42,634 nt of DNA from Bacteroidota bacterium (GTDB taxonomy: Bacteria; Bacteroidota; Rhodothermia; Rhodothermales; Salinibacteraceae), in NCBI GenBank assembly GCA_009908415.1, contig JAAAPH010000459.1, forward strand, positions 1 through 42,634, written 5' to 3'. Positions 1 through 7,393 of the stretch are shown here, piece after piece (position 1 is the stretch's first letter; each line of letters begins with the position of its first letter). The notes under the pieces were generated by a model. That model made no database searches, was not told where the DNA came from, and was given only the letters and a program-made list of their open reading frames with translations. A program made the translations under genes and the position numbers.

Positions 1-155
1 TGATTTAAATCGGGAAACTCCCGCTGGAGATCTTCCGTCGTGGCGCCGTTGGCGAGGTAGCCGAGGATGAGGCTCACGGGAATGCGTGTGCCTTTTAGGC
101 GCGGCTTTCCTTTCAACACGTCAGGTGTGCTGACGATGTGTTCTTGCCAGTTCAT
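1..155 (-). CDS. DUF433 domain protein (antitoxin-like), N-terminal part only; continues off the left edge
   Basis: My own translation of the minus strand from the ATG at 155-153 gives MNWQEHIVSTPDVLKGKPRLKGTRIPVSLILGYLANGATTEDLQREFPDLN. This carries the G-x-P-x-x-x-GTRIPV...YPxL pattern of DUF433. It is absent from the ORF track because the window edge truncates it. Confidence 0.7.
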   Translation of the reverse strand, partial: MNWQEHIVSTPDVLKGKPRLKGTRIPVSLILGYLANGATTEDLQREFPDLN

Positions 156-430
156 GGTCCTGCTTTGCGATATGAGGAGATACAACCCAATCAGCAAACC
201 TTTGAGCAGGCGGAATGCTCCGACGGCGCTTGTAGCGACACATAACGGGTCAAGCTCTGCGGACCTGGGCACGCCAACCTGCGAAATAGGCACGAGAGAC
301 GCCGAGGTCCAAATCTGGTATCGGCCCAGCTTCCGCAGCACCGTACCTTTATGCTAAGCACGCAAAGGAGAAGGGGCCTCGCTACACTGATCAGGCCTAC
401 ATTCCTTGTCACAGCTTCGCTTAGCCCCTT

Positions 431-1540
431 ATGCTCAAGATCACACCTACGGGTCAAACCGTCAATTCGTCTGCCCATCTCATTTGCTGCTTCGACGTCT
501 CCAAACGCTCGCTCTCCCTATACGCTGAGTACCAGGCGGATGCCTCCTCCTGCCGCGTCGAGGACGAGATTCCCAACCGAACCGGCGCGATCGAATCCCT
601 CCTGGGTCGGCTCGCCGACCTGGCCTGCGAGGCCGGACTAGACGGCCTCACGGTCTGCGCCGAGGCCACCGGCGGCTATGAACGCAAACTCCTGCACACG
701 GCTCGCCGTCTCGGCCACCAGACCGCGCTGATTAGCCCCGAGACCGCGCTGATTAGCCCCGAGCACGTGGCCAAGCTCAAAGCGGTCGAGTCCAATGATA
801 CTGGAAAAACGGATCACAAGGATCCGCGGGTTATGCACCTGGTGGCCCGTCTCGGCAAAACGCAGGCCCATCGCCACCTGCCCGCAATCTACCGTCGCCT
901 CCGGCGCCTCACCGCCTACTACGACGAGGACGAACAGGTGCTCGCCGCCACGCGCCAGCGCATCCAGGCGGTAACCGAAGACCTCTTCCCCGACTACGAC
1001 AAGCCGGCGACCTTCACCTTTGGCTCGACCGGAGAAGCGCTCATGGAGGCCTACGCGTTCAATCCATATCACATCGTCCGGGCCGGCTACACGCGCTTCA
1101 AGAAGACGATGAAGCGGCGCGTAAACGCCCGCTTTGCGACGCTGGAGCACCTCTTTGCCTGCGCTGAGGCGTCTATCCAGTACGCCAAGACGGAGACCGA
1201 AGTCGAGCTGCTCGTCGAGCGCCTCCGCCAGCTGTGGGCCGACTACGAGCGGCTCACCGCTCGCCGCGCCCGGCTCCGGGCCGAGATCGAACGGCTCGGG
1301 GCCCGGCTCGAAGCCGACGGCGACCTGCCCGAAGCCGACGGCGACCTGCCCGAAGCCGACGGCGACCTGCCCCGGCTGACGCACCTGAAGGGAATCACCC
1401 GCTTCAATCTCGCCCGCCTGGCCGGGCAGACCGGGCCGCTTCGCGACTTCCACTCCGGGCGCGCGCTCCTGCGCTACGCCGGGCTCAACCTGCGCGAGCG
1501 CCAGAGCGGCACCTATCGGTGGACCATTGTGGTCCGGTAG
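431..1540 (+). CDS. IS110 family transposase, terminated prematurely by an in-frame TAG at 1538-1540
   Basis: The N-terminus LICCFDVSKRSLSLY matches the DEDD/RuvC-like G-x-D-x-SK motif. The C-terminal part YAGLNLRERQSGTY is the start of the Transposase_20-type motif. The ORF is 369 aa. Confidence 0.85.
   Translation: MLKITPTGQTVNSSAHLICCFDVSKRSLSLYAEYQADASSCRVEDEIPNRTGAIESLLGRLADLACEAGLDGLTVCAEATGGYERKLLHTARRLGHQTALISPETALISPEHVAKLKAVESNDTGKTDHKDPRVMHLVARLGKTQAHRHLPAIYRRLRRLTAYYDEDEQVLAATRQRIQAVTEDLFPDYDKPATFTFGSTGEALMEAYAFNPYHIVRAGYTRFKKTMKRRVNARFATLEHLFACAEASIQYAKTETEVELLVERLRQLWADYERLTARRARLRAEIERLGARLEADGDLPEADGDLPEADGDLPRLTHLKGITRFNLARLAGQTGPLRDFHSGRALLRYAGLNLRERQSGTYRWTIVVR
721..762 (+). 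repeat. Perfect tandem duplication, 2 x 21 bp (gaccgcgctgattagccccga), in frame inside the transposase
   Basis: Read directly from the sequence. It encodes TALISPE-TALISPE. Confidence 0.95.
1310..1372 (+). repeat. Perfect tandem repeat, 3 x 21 bp (gaagccgacggcgacctgccc), in frame inside the transposase
   Basis: Read directly from the sequence. It encodes EADGDLP x3. Confidence 0.95.
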
Positions 1541-1795
1541 ACGCGGCTGTCGAAGAAGGGCCGGCCCCTGCTCCGGAAGGTGCTGGGACAGACCATCTTC
1601 CCGGTGCTTCGGCGCCGGTTCCTCTACGGGCCCTACTACCATCGCAAATGCGAAGAGGGCATGGTCGGAACCAAAGCCAAGGTCGCCGTCATGCGCAAGT
1701 TCCTCTGTATGCTGCGCAGCCTCGCCTGCAGCGGCGAAGCGTTCGACCCCGAGCGCTTCAGGACGTGTGAGAGCCAGTATGCGAGGGCCGCATAA
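1541..1795 (+). pseudogene. C-terminal remainder of the same IS110 transposase, in the same frame downstream of the TAG
   Basis: 1580-431 is divisible by 3, so both ORFs share a frame. The codons after the TAG read TRLSKKGRPLLRKVLGQTIFPVLRRRFLYGPYYHRKCEEGMVGTKAKVAVMRKFLCML, which is the conserved ISK-x-G-x-x-LR and C-terminal helix region of IS110 transposases. Confidence 0.65.
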
Positions 1796-2314
1796 AGCTC
1801 TCTCGCATAACACGCCACCGAGCCTGAGAACACCTATGATACCCCTGCGCCCTGGTTAGCCGATCCGACAGGATCCCGCCTACACCATTCGACTCGCTGA
1901 GCTTCTGGCGCGCTGCGCGCCGGAGAGGACCGACACCCTGCGATAATCTCTCCGTCTGGGAGAAGATCGGCATGCATCATCAGCGGTGCTTACGGGCCTA
2001 CGACTCCCCGGCACACGCTCGTCCCTTCGGCGCGCCGCTCCAGAACAGGACCAAAAAGGTGCGCTCCGAGCTGCTCTGTCCATGCCCTGCGCGGGCCATG
2101 CCAGTGACAGCCCATACCCGAGAGTATCTGTCCGTTCGGTGCTTGCGCCCAGCCAGAAGTCAACGCGAACCCTCCCACGCCTCTCAGCTCCACGGAGGTG
2201 ACCACGTTCTGTATGCCTACCCTCAGAAATGACAATAATCTGACGCTATCCCACCGAAAAACGCTCCTTCTGCTTGACCTTAGCGTAATAAGAGTGGCGG
2301 GTTATACGCACCCT

Positions 2315-2611
2315 CTACTGCGCGCCTAATTCGGGAGGCAATTGTTGCGCACTATGCATTACCGCTAGCACATCGATTTGCTCTTCCTTAATGCGGTAAA
2401 TAACCCGATACGAGCCTTCGATCACTTCGCGTATGTCTGGTGCCTCGTACTCCGGTACGGACCGCCCTGACCGAGGAAATGTGCCGATTTGCTGCGAGCG
2501 ACGAGTTAGGCGGTCCATCAGCCGATCGGCATAGACCTCCGAGTCGTGGGCCACGTACTCGTAGATCGAGAGGAGATGGTCAATGGCCGTGTTCGTCCAA
2601 TGAACCCTCAC
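2315..2611 (-). CDS. Type II toxin, RelE/ParE family
   Basis: 98 aa: MRVHWTNTAIDHLLSIYEYVAHDS...YRVIYRIKEEQIDVLAVMHSAQ. It has the ParE_toxin-like W..A..DL..I..Y and YR-IYR...I-VL-V-H pattern. It overlaps the upstream small gene by 4 bp (ATGA). Confidence 0.85.
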   Translation of the reverse strand: MRVHWTNTAIDHLLSIYEYVAHDSEVYADRLMDRLTRRSQQIGTFPRSGRSVPEYEAPDIREVIEGSYRVIYRIKEEQIDVLAVMHSAQQLPPELGAQ

Positions 2612-2796
2612 GCCGACAGCCCGAGCCGTTTGCGAAGCTCGTTCACGTCCATCGTGCGTCCGGCTTTACTGTCTTCTAGGCCCGCCTCAATGGCTTGACG
2701 GACGTAGATGCGTTGCATGAGATCGTCCCACGTAGCGTCGTCGGGCAATTCCTCGATAAGACGTTGCGCCTCTTCTTTGACTTTCGTTGTAGACAT
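2608..2796 (-). CDS. Putative antitoxin of the ParE/RelE module
   Basis: A 62-aa acidic protein sits immediately upstream of the toxin and is translationally coupled to it. This is a typical small-antitoxin architecture. The family was not recognised. Confidence 0.7.
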   Translation of the reverse strand: MSTTKVKEEAQRLIEELPDDATWDDLMQRIYVRQAIEAGLEDSKAGRTMDVNELRKRLGLSA

Positions 2797-2944
2797 GTGA
2801 GGTCATGAGTTTGTGATGCGAAGGCGCATGAGAAGTACCTTTGGGGCCACTTGCCTGTTTCGTTTCTCGGACTTGGGTGCGTATAACGATTGAACTCTGC
2901 CGTGTGCGCAGCACGTCGGCAGCAGTGCGGGTTATGCGGCCCTT

Positions 2945-3457
2945 CTATTTCGCTGCGACTACTTCGGACGAGACGACGTTCACCGGATGTGTCGGCGCGC
3001 CCGGCTGATCCAGTTTAACCTGTGGGCTGAGCATTCTGCGGCGCACCCATACACTCTCGTCTAGCGGAACCGGGAGGCTCCCTTCCTTGATTTGCCACTC
3101 CAGCAAGGCCCCAGCTTGCGATAGCGCGATGGCAAACGTGGGGTGTTCGTCGGAGACGGTGAATCGGTCAGTACGCACCTTGTACCCCAGAGCGCCATCT
3201 TCCGTCGCGTAGGTGTGCGTTACCTCCAACATGTATTCGCCTGCTGGCACGTCGCTGAAGAGAAAGCGTCCCTCCTCATCCGTTCGAAGTACGGGCCGGT
3301 CCTCTAAGGCGAGCCCAAACTCATCAAGAAGCCGCATCTCCGCTTGGGTGAGCATGTTGCCAGCATCGAGACTAAGCACGTAGCCTGAGACAGGAACCTG
3401 AGCTTGAACGGGCACTACGGTCAGAACAATGAGTGCGATCCAGATGAGCAGACGCAT
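2945..3457 (-). CDS. Secreted carboxypeptidase-regulatory-like domain protein
   Basis: The internal start MRLLIWIALIVLTVVPVQAQ is a signal peptide. EEGRFLFSDVPAGEYMLEV is a CarboxypepD_reg-like beta-sandwich motif. The 5' extension to 3595 in the ORF track has no signal-peptide logic. Confidence 0.6.
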   Translation of the reverse strand: MRLLIWIALIVLTVVPVQAQVPVSGYVLSLDAGNMLTQAEMRLLDEFGLALEDRPVLRTDEEGRFLFSDVPAGEYMLEVTHTYATEDGALGYKVRTDRFTVSDEHPTFAIALSQAGALLEWQIKEGSLPVPLDESVWVRRRMLSPQVKLDQPGAPTHPVNVVSSEVVAAK

Positions 3458-3726
3458 AGCAGTCCTCGGCGGGTGTAGGAGTAGATTACGAGACGGTGCA
3501 GTACCGATCAGTCCATGCAGTAGGTCTTCCCGAATCGAAAGGGCTATTGTCGAATGTGTGGATTGAGACGCTGGATGAAGAGCACTGAGCCGCATAACTT
3601 CTAATTATGTCAACTCTGTGGGCATAGGACCCAGACCGGGCCGGGCGTAACGCCTTGCCAGCCAACACTTTGCGCCCAACGACTGCGTGTTCGGTCCACT
3701 CCGTTTTAAATCGGCCGATGGGGGCG

Positions 3727-4947
3727 TTAAATGCCCGACGCGATGAGCAGCTCGATGTCGCGGTACGTCATGCCGAACATCGTGGCGAGGCTCTTCTTCG
3801 TGAGGTGGTGTCGATAGACGTACGTGCCGCTGCGCAGTCCCTCGTCGCGCCAGAGCGCCTCGTTGATCGAGCCGACCTCGCCGATGCGAATAAGGTACGG
3901 CACGAGCACGTGCGTGAGCGCGTACGTCGCCGTACGGGCCGCGTTGGACGGCATATTTGGCACGCAGTAGTGGATCACGTCGTGCTTGCGGAAGACGGGC
4001 TTGGAGTGCGTCGTCGGCTTGCTCGTCTCGATGCAGCCGCCCTGGTCCATCACCGCGTCGACGATAACCGCGCCGGTCGTCATGGCCGCGACCATGTCTT
4101 CGGTGACGAGCATGGGCGAACGCTGCCCGTCGGACATCATCGCGCCAATGACGACATCGGCCGAGCGGACGGCCTGGCGGATGTACTGCTCGCTGGCCAT
4201 CACGGTGGTGATGCGGCGCTCCAGGTAGTGCTCCAGCACGCGGAGCGGCCCCAGGTCGGTGTCCAGCACAATAACGTGCGCGCCGTAGCCCAGCGCCGTG
4301 CGCGCCGCCCACTCGCCCACGACCCCCGCCCCCAGGATCACGACCGTCGCCGGCGGCACGCCGGAGATGCCGCCCAGGATGACCCCGCGCCCGCCTTCGT
4401 TGCTCTCCAGGTACCGGCCCGCGATCTGCACGGCCATCGTACCCGTGATCTCATGCATCATGCGCACGAGCGGAAACGTGCCGTCCGGGTCGCGGATGAA
4501 TTCGAAGCCGATGCCGGTAACCCGAAGCTCCATGAGCCGGCGCAGGAAGTCGGGCGTCATGCCGCCCAGGTTGAGCGCCGAAATCAAGATCTGCTTCTCC
4601 TTCAGCAGGTCCAGCTCATCTTCGTTCGGTGGGCCGACCTTCACGATGAGGTCGGCGTGCGAGTACAAGTCCTCCGGCGCATCGATCAACTCGGCGCCGG
4701 CCTCGGAATATTGATTGTCACCGAAGTGAGCCTGCTCCCCAGCCCCTTCTTCGACGTACACCGCGTGGCCGTTCGCGACGAGCGTACTCACCCCGCTCGG
4801 CGCGAGCGCTACACGGCGCTCTTCGTTGGCCACCTCCCGGGGCACGCCGATCCGCAACGACTCGTGCTCTTCATGCTTCTTTAGCGGCTTCTCCATGGTC
4901 ATCAGACTCGGATCCACCGTCAGGCCTTGCAACGCCGGGATTTCCAT
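3727..4947 (-). CDS. ald: Alanine dehydrogenase family protein
   Basis: LRIGVPREVANEERRVALAP, a Rossmann VVILGAGVVGEWAA motif and a PNMP motif (YCVPNMPS). The start is uncertain; ATGs at 4947, 4902 and 4896 are all possible. The track extension to 5187 would overlap the next gene. Confidence 0.85.
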   Translation of the reverse strand: MEIPALQGLTVDPSLMTMEKPLKKHEEHESLRIGVPREVANEERRVALAPSGVSTLVANGHAVYVEEGAGEQAHFGDNQYSEAGAELIDAPEDLYSHADLIVKVGPPNEDELDLLKEKQILISALNLGGMTPDFLRRLMELRVTGIGFEFIRDPDGTFPLVRMMHEITGTMAVQIAGRYLESNEGGRGVILGGISGVPPATVVILGAGVVGEWAARTALGYGAHVIVLDTDLGPLRVLEHYLERRITTVMASEQYIRQAVRSADVVIGAMMSDGQRSPMLVTEDMVAAMTTGAVIVDAVMDQGGCIETSKPTTHSKPVFRKHDVIHYCVPNMPSNAARTATYALTHVLVPYLIRIGEVGSINEALWRDEGLRSGTYVYRHHLTKKSLATMFGMTYRDIELLIASGI

Positions 4948-5089
4948 GCGGGAACGGGAAGCGTACTCAGACTTGCGTGATTGTTCGGGCCGCCCGGCCG
5001 TGCGCAGCACGGGGGCGAGGATGGTGCAGAAGCTAAATGTATGAAACAGCGTGCGTTTAAAACAGCACAGCCCCCAGGACGCATGAAAA

Positions 5090-5893
5090 TTAGGACGCCG
5101 GCCCGCCGCGCCCTGTCCACTCGTAAATGAGGATGCCTGCGGCGACGGCCACGTTGAGCGACTCAGCGCCGGTCCGGCGGGGGGCACCGGGGATGGCCAC
5201 CCGCTCGTCGATGGTGCCGTGCACGGCCGCGCTGAGCCCGTGCGCTTCGCTGCCTAGCACGAGCACGGAGGGCGGGGCCGGCTGCCAGGCGCCGGCCCGC
5301 ACGCCCTGCAGGTCGGCTCCGTAGAGGCGCACGCCCTGCCGCCGCAACCGCTGAAGCAGTTCGCCCAGCGCGCTCGTGCGCACCAGGCGCAGGTCCCAGT
5401 GCCCGCCCATGGCCGCGCGCATCACCTTGGGCCCGTAGAGCCCGGCCGTACCGGGTCCCGCGATGACGGCGTCGGCCCCGAACCACGCGGCTGTCCGGAG
5501 GATGGTACCCACATTGCCCGGGTCCTGCACGCCGTCGAGCGCGAGCAGGGTAGTCGTCGGCGCTACCGCGTCGAGCAGGACCGCCTCCTTCACATAGCGC
5601 GTCTCAGCCACCGCGAGAAGGCCCTGGCTCGTCTGCACGTCGGAGAGACGGCGCACCGTCTCGTCGGGAAGCACATGGATCGGGGCAGAGGCGCGGTCGC
5701 ACAGCGATTGCACCGCCGGATCGGTGCGGGTGCTCTCGGCGACGATGACCTCGGTGAGCGGCGCCCCGGCATCCAGGGCCGCCCGCACGGCGCGCACGCC
5801 CTCCACCAGGGTTTGCCCTAGGTCCTTGCGGTACTTGCGCCGCGTCAGCGCATTGATTTCCTTGCGTCGTCGATTCGAAAGCCGTGCGTTCAT
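5090..5893 (-). CDS. TrmH/SpoU family RNA 2'-O-methyltransferase
   Basis: LDGVQDPGNVGTILRTAAWFG, VLGSEAHGLS and ESLNVAVAAGILIYE are the three SpoU motifs. Confidence 0.85.
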   Translation of the reverse strand: MNARLSNRRRKEINALTRRKYRKDLGQTLVEGVRAVRAALDAGAPLTEVIVAESTRTDPAVQSLCDRASAPIHVLPDETVRRLSDVQTSQGLLAVAETRYVKEAVLLDAVAPTTTLLALDGVQDPGNVGTILRTAAWFGADAVIAGPGTAGLYGPKVMRAAMGGHWDLRLVRTSALGELLQRLRRQGVRLYGADLQGVRAGAWQPAPPSVLVLGSEAHGLSAAVHGTIDERVAIPGAPRRTGAESLNVAVAAGILIYEWTGRGGPAS

Positions 5894-6054
5894 GCGGCCT
5901 CAGCCCCTGTCTGCTCGTGCCTACAATGCTAGCTTGTATGGTAAGGATGAACTTCGCCGGCGTTGCATCTTATCACTGCGGTGCTTACCCATCTGCCAAT
6001 GGCTGGCGCGTTCTGCCGCTTCTATCTCTGATCAACGATCTCGATGTACCCCCC

Positions 6055-7362
6055 ATGCCTTTCAAACGCAACGTGTACGACACGGCCGTCTACCGCGAAC
6101 CGACGCCGATCCAAGACCGCGAGAATCCGTTCCAGTCGATGGTCGAGCGGTTCGACGTGGCGGCGGAGATCCTGGAACTGAACCCAGGATTCTACGAGTA
6201 CCTGTCGCGCCCCACGCGCGTGCATGTCACGTCCGTGCCCGTGATGATGGACGACGGCCGCATGAAGGTGTACGAAGGCTATCGCGTCATTCACAACAAC
6301 GTGCTGGGCCCAAGCAAGGGCGGGATCCGCTACGCGCCGGACGTGACGCTGAATGAGGTGAAGGCCCTTGCCGCCTGGATGACCTGGAAGTGCGCGGTGG
6401 TCGATGTACCCTTCGGCGGCGCGAAGGGCGGGGTCGTCTGCGACCCGAAGGCGATGAGCCCCGACGAGCTGGAACGCCTCACGCGCCGGTACACGGCCAA
6501 CCTGATGGACGTGTTCGGGCCGGACCGCGACATTCCCGCCCCGGACATGAACACGAACGAGCAGATTATGGCGTGGGTGCTCGATACGTACTCGATGCAC
6601 GCGCGCCGCACCGAGAACGCCGTCGTGACGGGCAAACCCGTCGAGCTTGGCGGGTCGAAGGGCCGCCGCGAGGCCACCGGCCGGGGCGTGATGACGGTGA
6701 CCCTGGCCGCCATGGACCGCCTGGGCCTCTCGCCGTCCGAATGCACTGTGGCCGTACAGGGCTTTGGCAACGTGGGCTCCATCGGCGCCCGCCTGCTCTC
6801 CGAACAAGGCTGTACGATTACTGCAGTCAGCGACATCTCGGGCGGGTACTACAACGCGGACGGCCTCAACATCAACGAAATGATGGACTATGCGAAGGCG
6901 CACGACGGCTCGCTGGAGGGCTACCCGCATGCCGACCCGATCACCAACGAGGAACTGCTCACGCTCGATGTGGACGTGCTCGTCCCGGCCGCTAAGGAAG
7001 ACCAGATCACCGAATCTGTCGCGCGCGCGACCCAGGCGAAGATCATTGCCGAGGGCGCGAACGGCCCCACCACGCCGGCGGCCGACCCCATTCTTCGGGA
7101 GAAAGGCGTGCTCGTCGTCCCCGACATTCTGGCCAACGCGGGCGGCGTGACCGTGTCGTACTTCGAGTGGGTGCAGGACCGTCAAGGGTACTTCTGGACG
7201 CTCGACCGTGTGAACCGGCGCCTCGACCGCATCATGCGCCGCGCCTTCGACCGGGTCTACGAGACGGCGCAGGAGCACGACGTGTCCCTCCGGATTGGCG
7301 CGTACGTCATGGCCATCCGCAAGGTCGCCGATGCCCTTCAGATGCGCGGCATTTACGCCTGA
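6055..7362 (+). CDS. gdhA: Glutamate dehydrogenase (Glu/Leu/Phe/Val dehydrogenase family)
   Basis: GPSKGGIRY, the catalytic-Lys region VDVPFGGAKGG and the Rossmann motif VQGFGNVGS. The start is set at MPFKRNVY (ATG 6055). The upstream part of the track ORF overlaps the divergent trmH promoter region. Confidence 0.9.
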   Translation: MPFKRNVYDTAVYREPTPIQDRENPFQSMVERFDVAAEILELNPGFYEYLSRPTRVHVTSVPVMMDDGRMKVYEGYRVIHNNVLGPSKGGIRYAPDVTLNEVKALAAWMTWKCAVVDVPFGGAKGGVVCDPKAMSPDELERLTRRYTANLMDVFGPDRDIPAPDMNTNEQIMAWVLDTYSMHARRTENAVVTGKPVELGGSKGRREATGRGVMTVTLAAMDRLGLSPSECTVAVQGFGNVGSIGARLLSEQGCTITAVSDISGGYYNADGLNINEMMDYAKAHDGSLEGYPHADPITNEELLTLDVDVLVPAAKEDQITESVARATQAKIIAEGANGPTTPAADPILREKGVLVVPDILANAGGVTVSYFEWVQDRQGYFWTLDRVNRRLDRIMRRAFDRVYETAQEHDVSLRIGAYVMAIRKVADALQMRGIYA

Positions 7363-7393
7363 CCGGAGGGGGAAGGAAGAGGAAAGCGTTGAT

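Larger units (their letters stand above)
157..2295 (+). mobile_element. IS110-family insertion sequence; ends not defined, outer limits only
   Basis: It contains an IS110-type transposase gene (431-1795) flanked by 275 nt and about 500 nt of sequence with no credible ORF. IS110 elements lack classical terminal inverted repeats, so the boundaries cannot be set from a single copy. Confidence 0.45.
2301..2887. repeat. 13-bp perfect inverted repeat pair bracketing the toxin-antitoxin cassette
   Basis: gttatacgcaccc (2301-2313) is the exact reverse complement of gggtgcgtataac (2875-2887). A third, direct and imperfect copy, cgggttatgcggccc, lies at 2928-2942. Confidence 0.9.

Noticed and set aside
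5-13. The 9-mer ttaaatcgg occurs three times (5-13, about 3704-3712 and about 29904-29912), which is surprising for an AT-rich word in GC-rich DNA.
   Set aside because: It was picked post hoc. The first copy is inside the DUF433 coding sequence (PDLN codons), and the contexts share nothing else.
1310-1372. The 21-bp repeats considered as a mini CRISPR array.
   Set aside because: The units are directly abutting with no spacers, lie inside a coding frame and preserve it. They are tandem duplications, not CRISPR repeats.
5884-6054. N-terminal extensions of track ORFs, for example gdh from 5884, parA from 18679, tdk from 40933, batB from 35685, purQ to 28881, rpiA to 13043 and ald to 5187.
   Set aside because: The extensions overlap neighbouring genes, terminator hairpins or promoter regions, and they lack family-typical sequence. 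Internal ATGs give N-termini that match the families, such as [17 protein letters not shown] for ParA.
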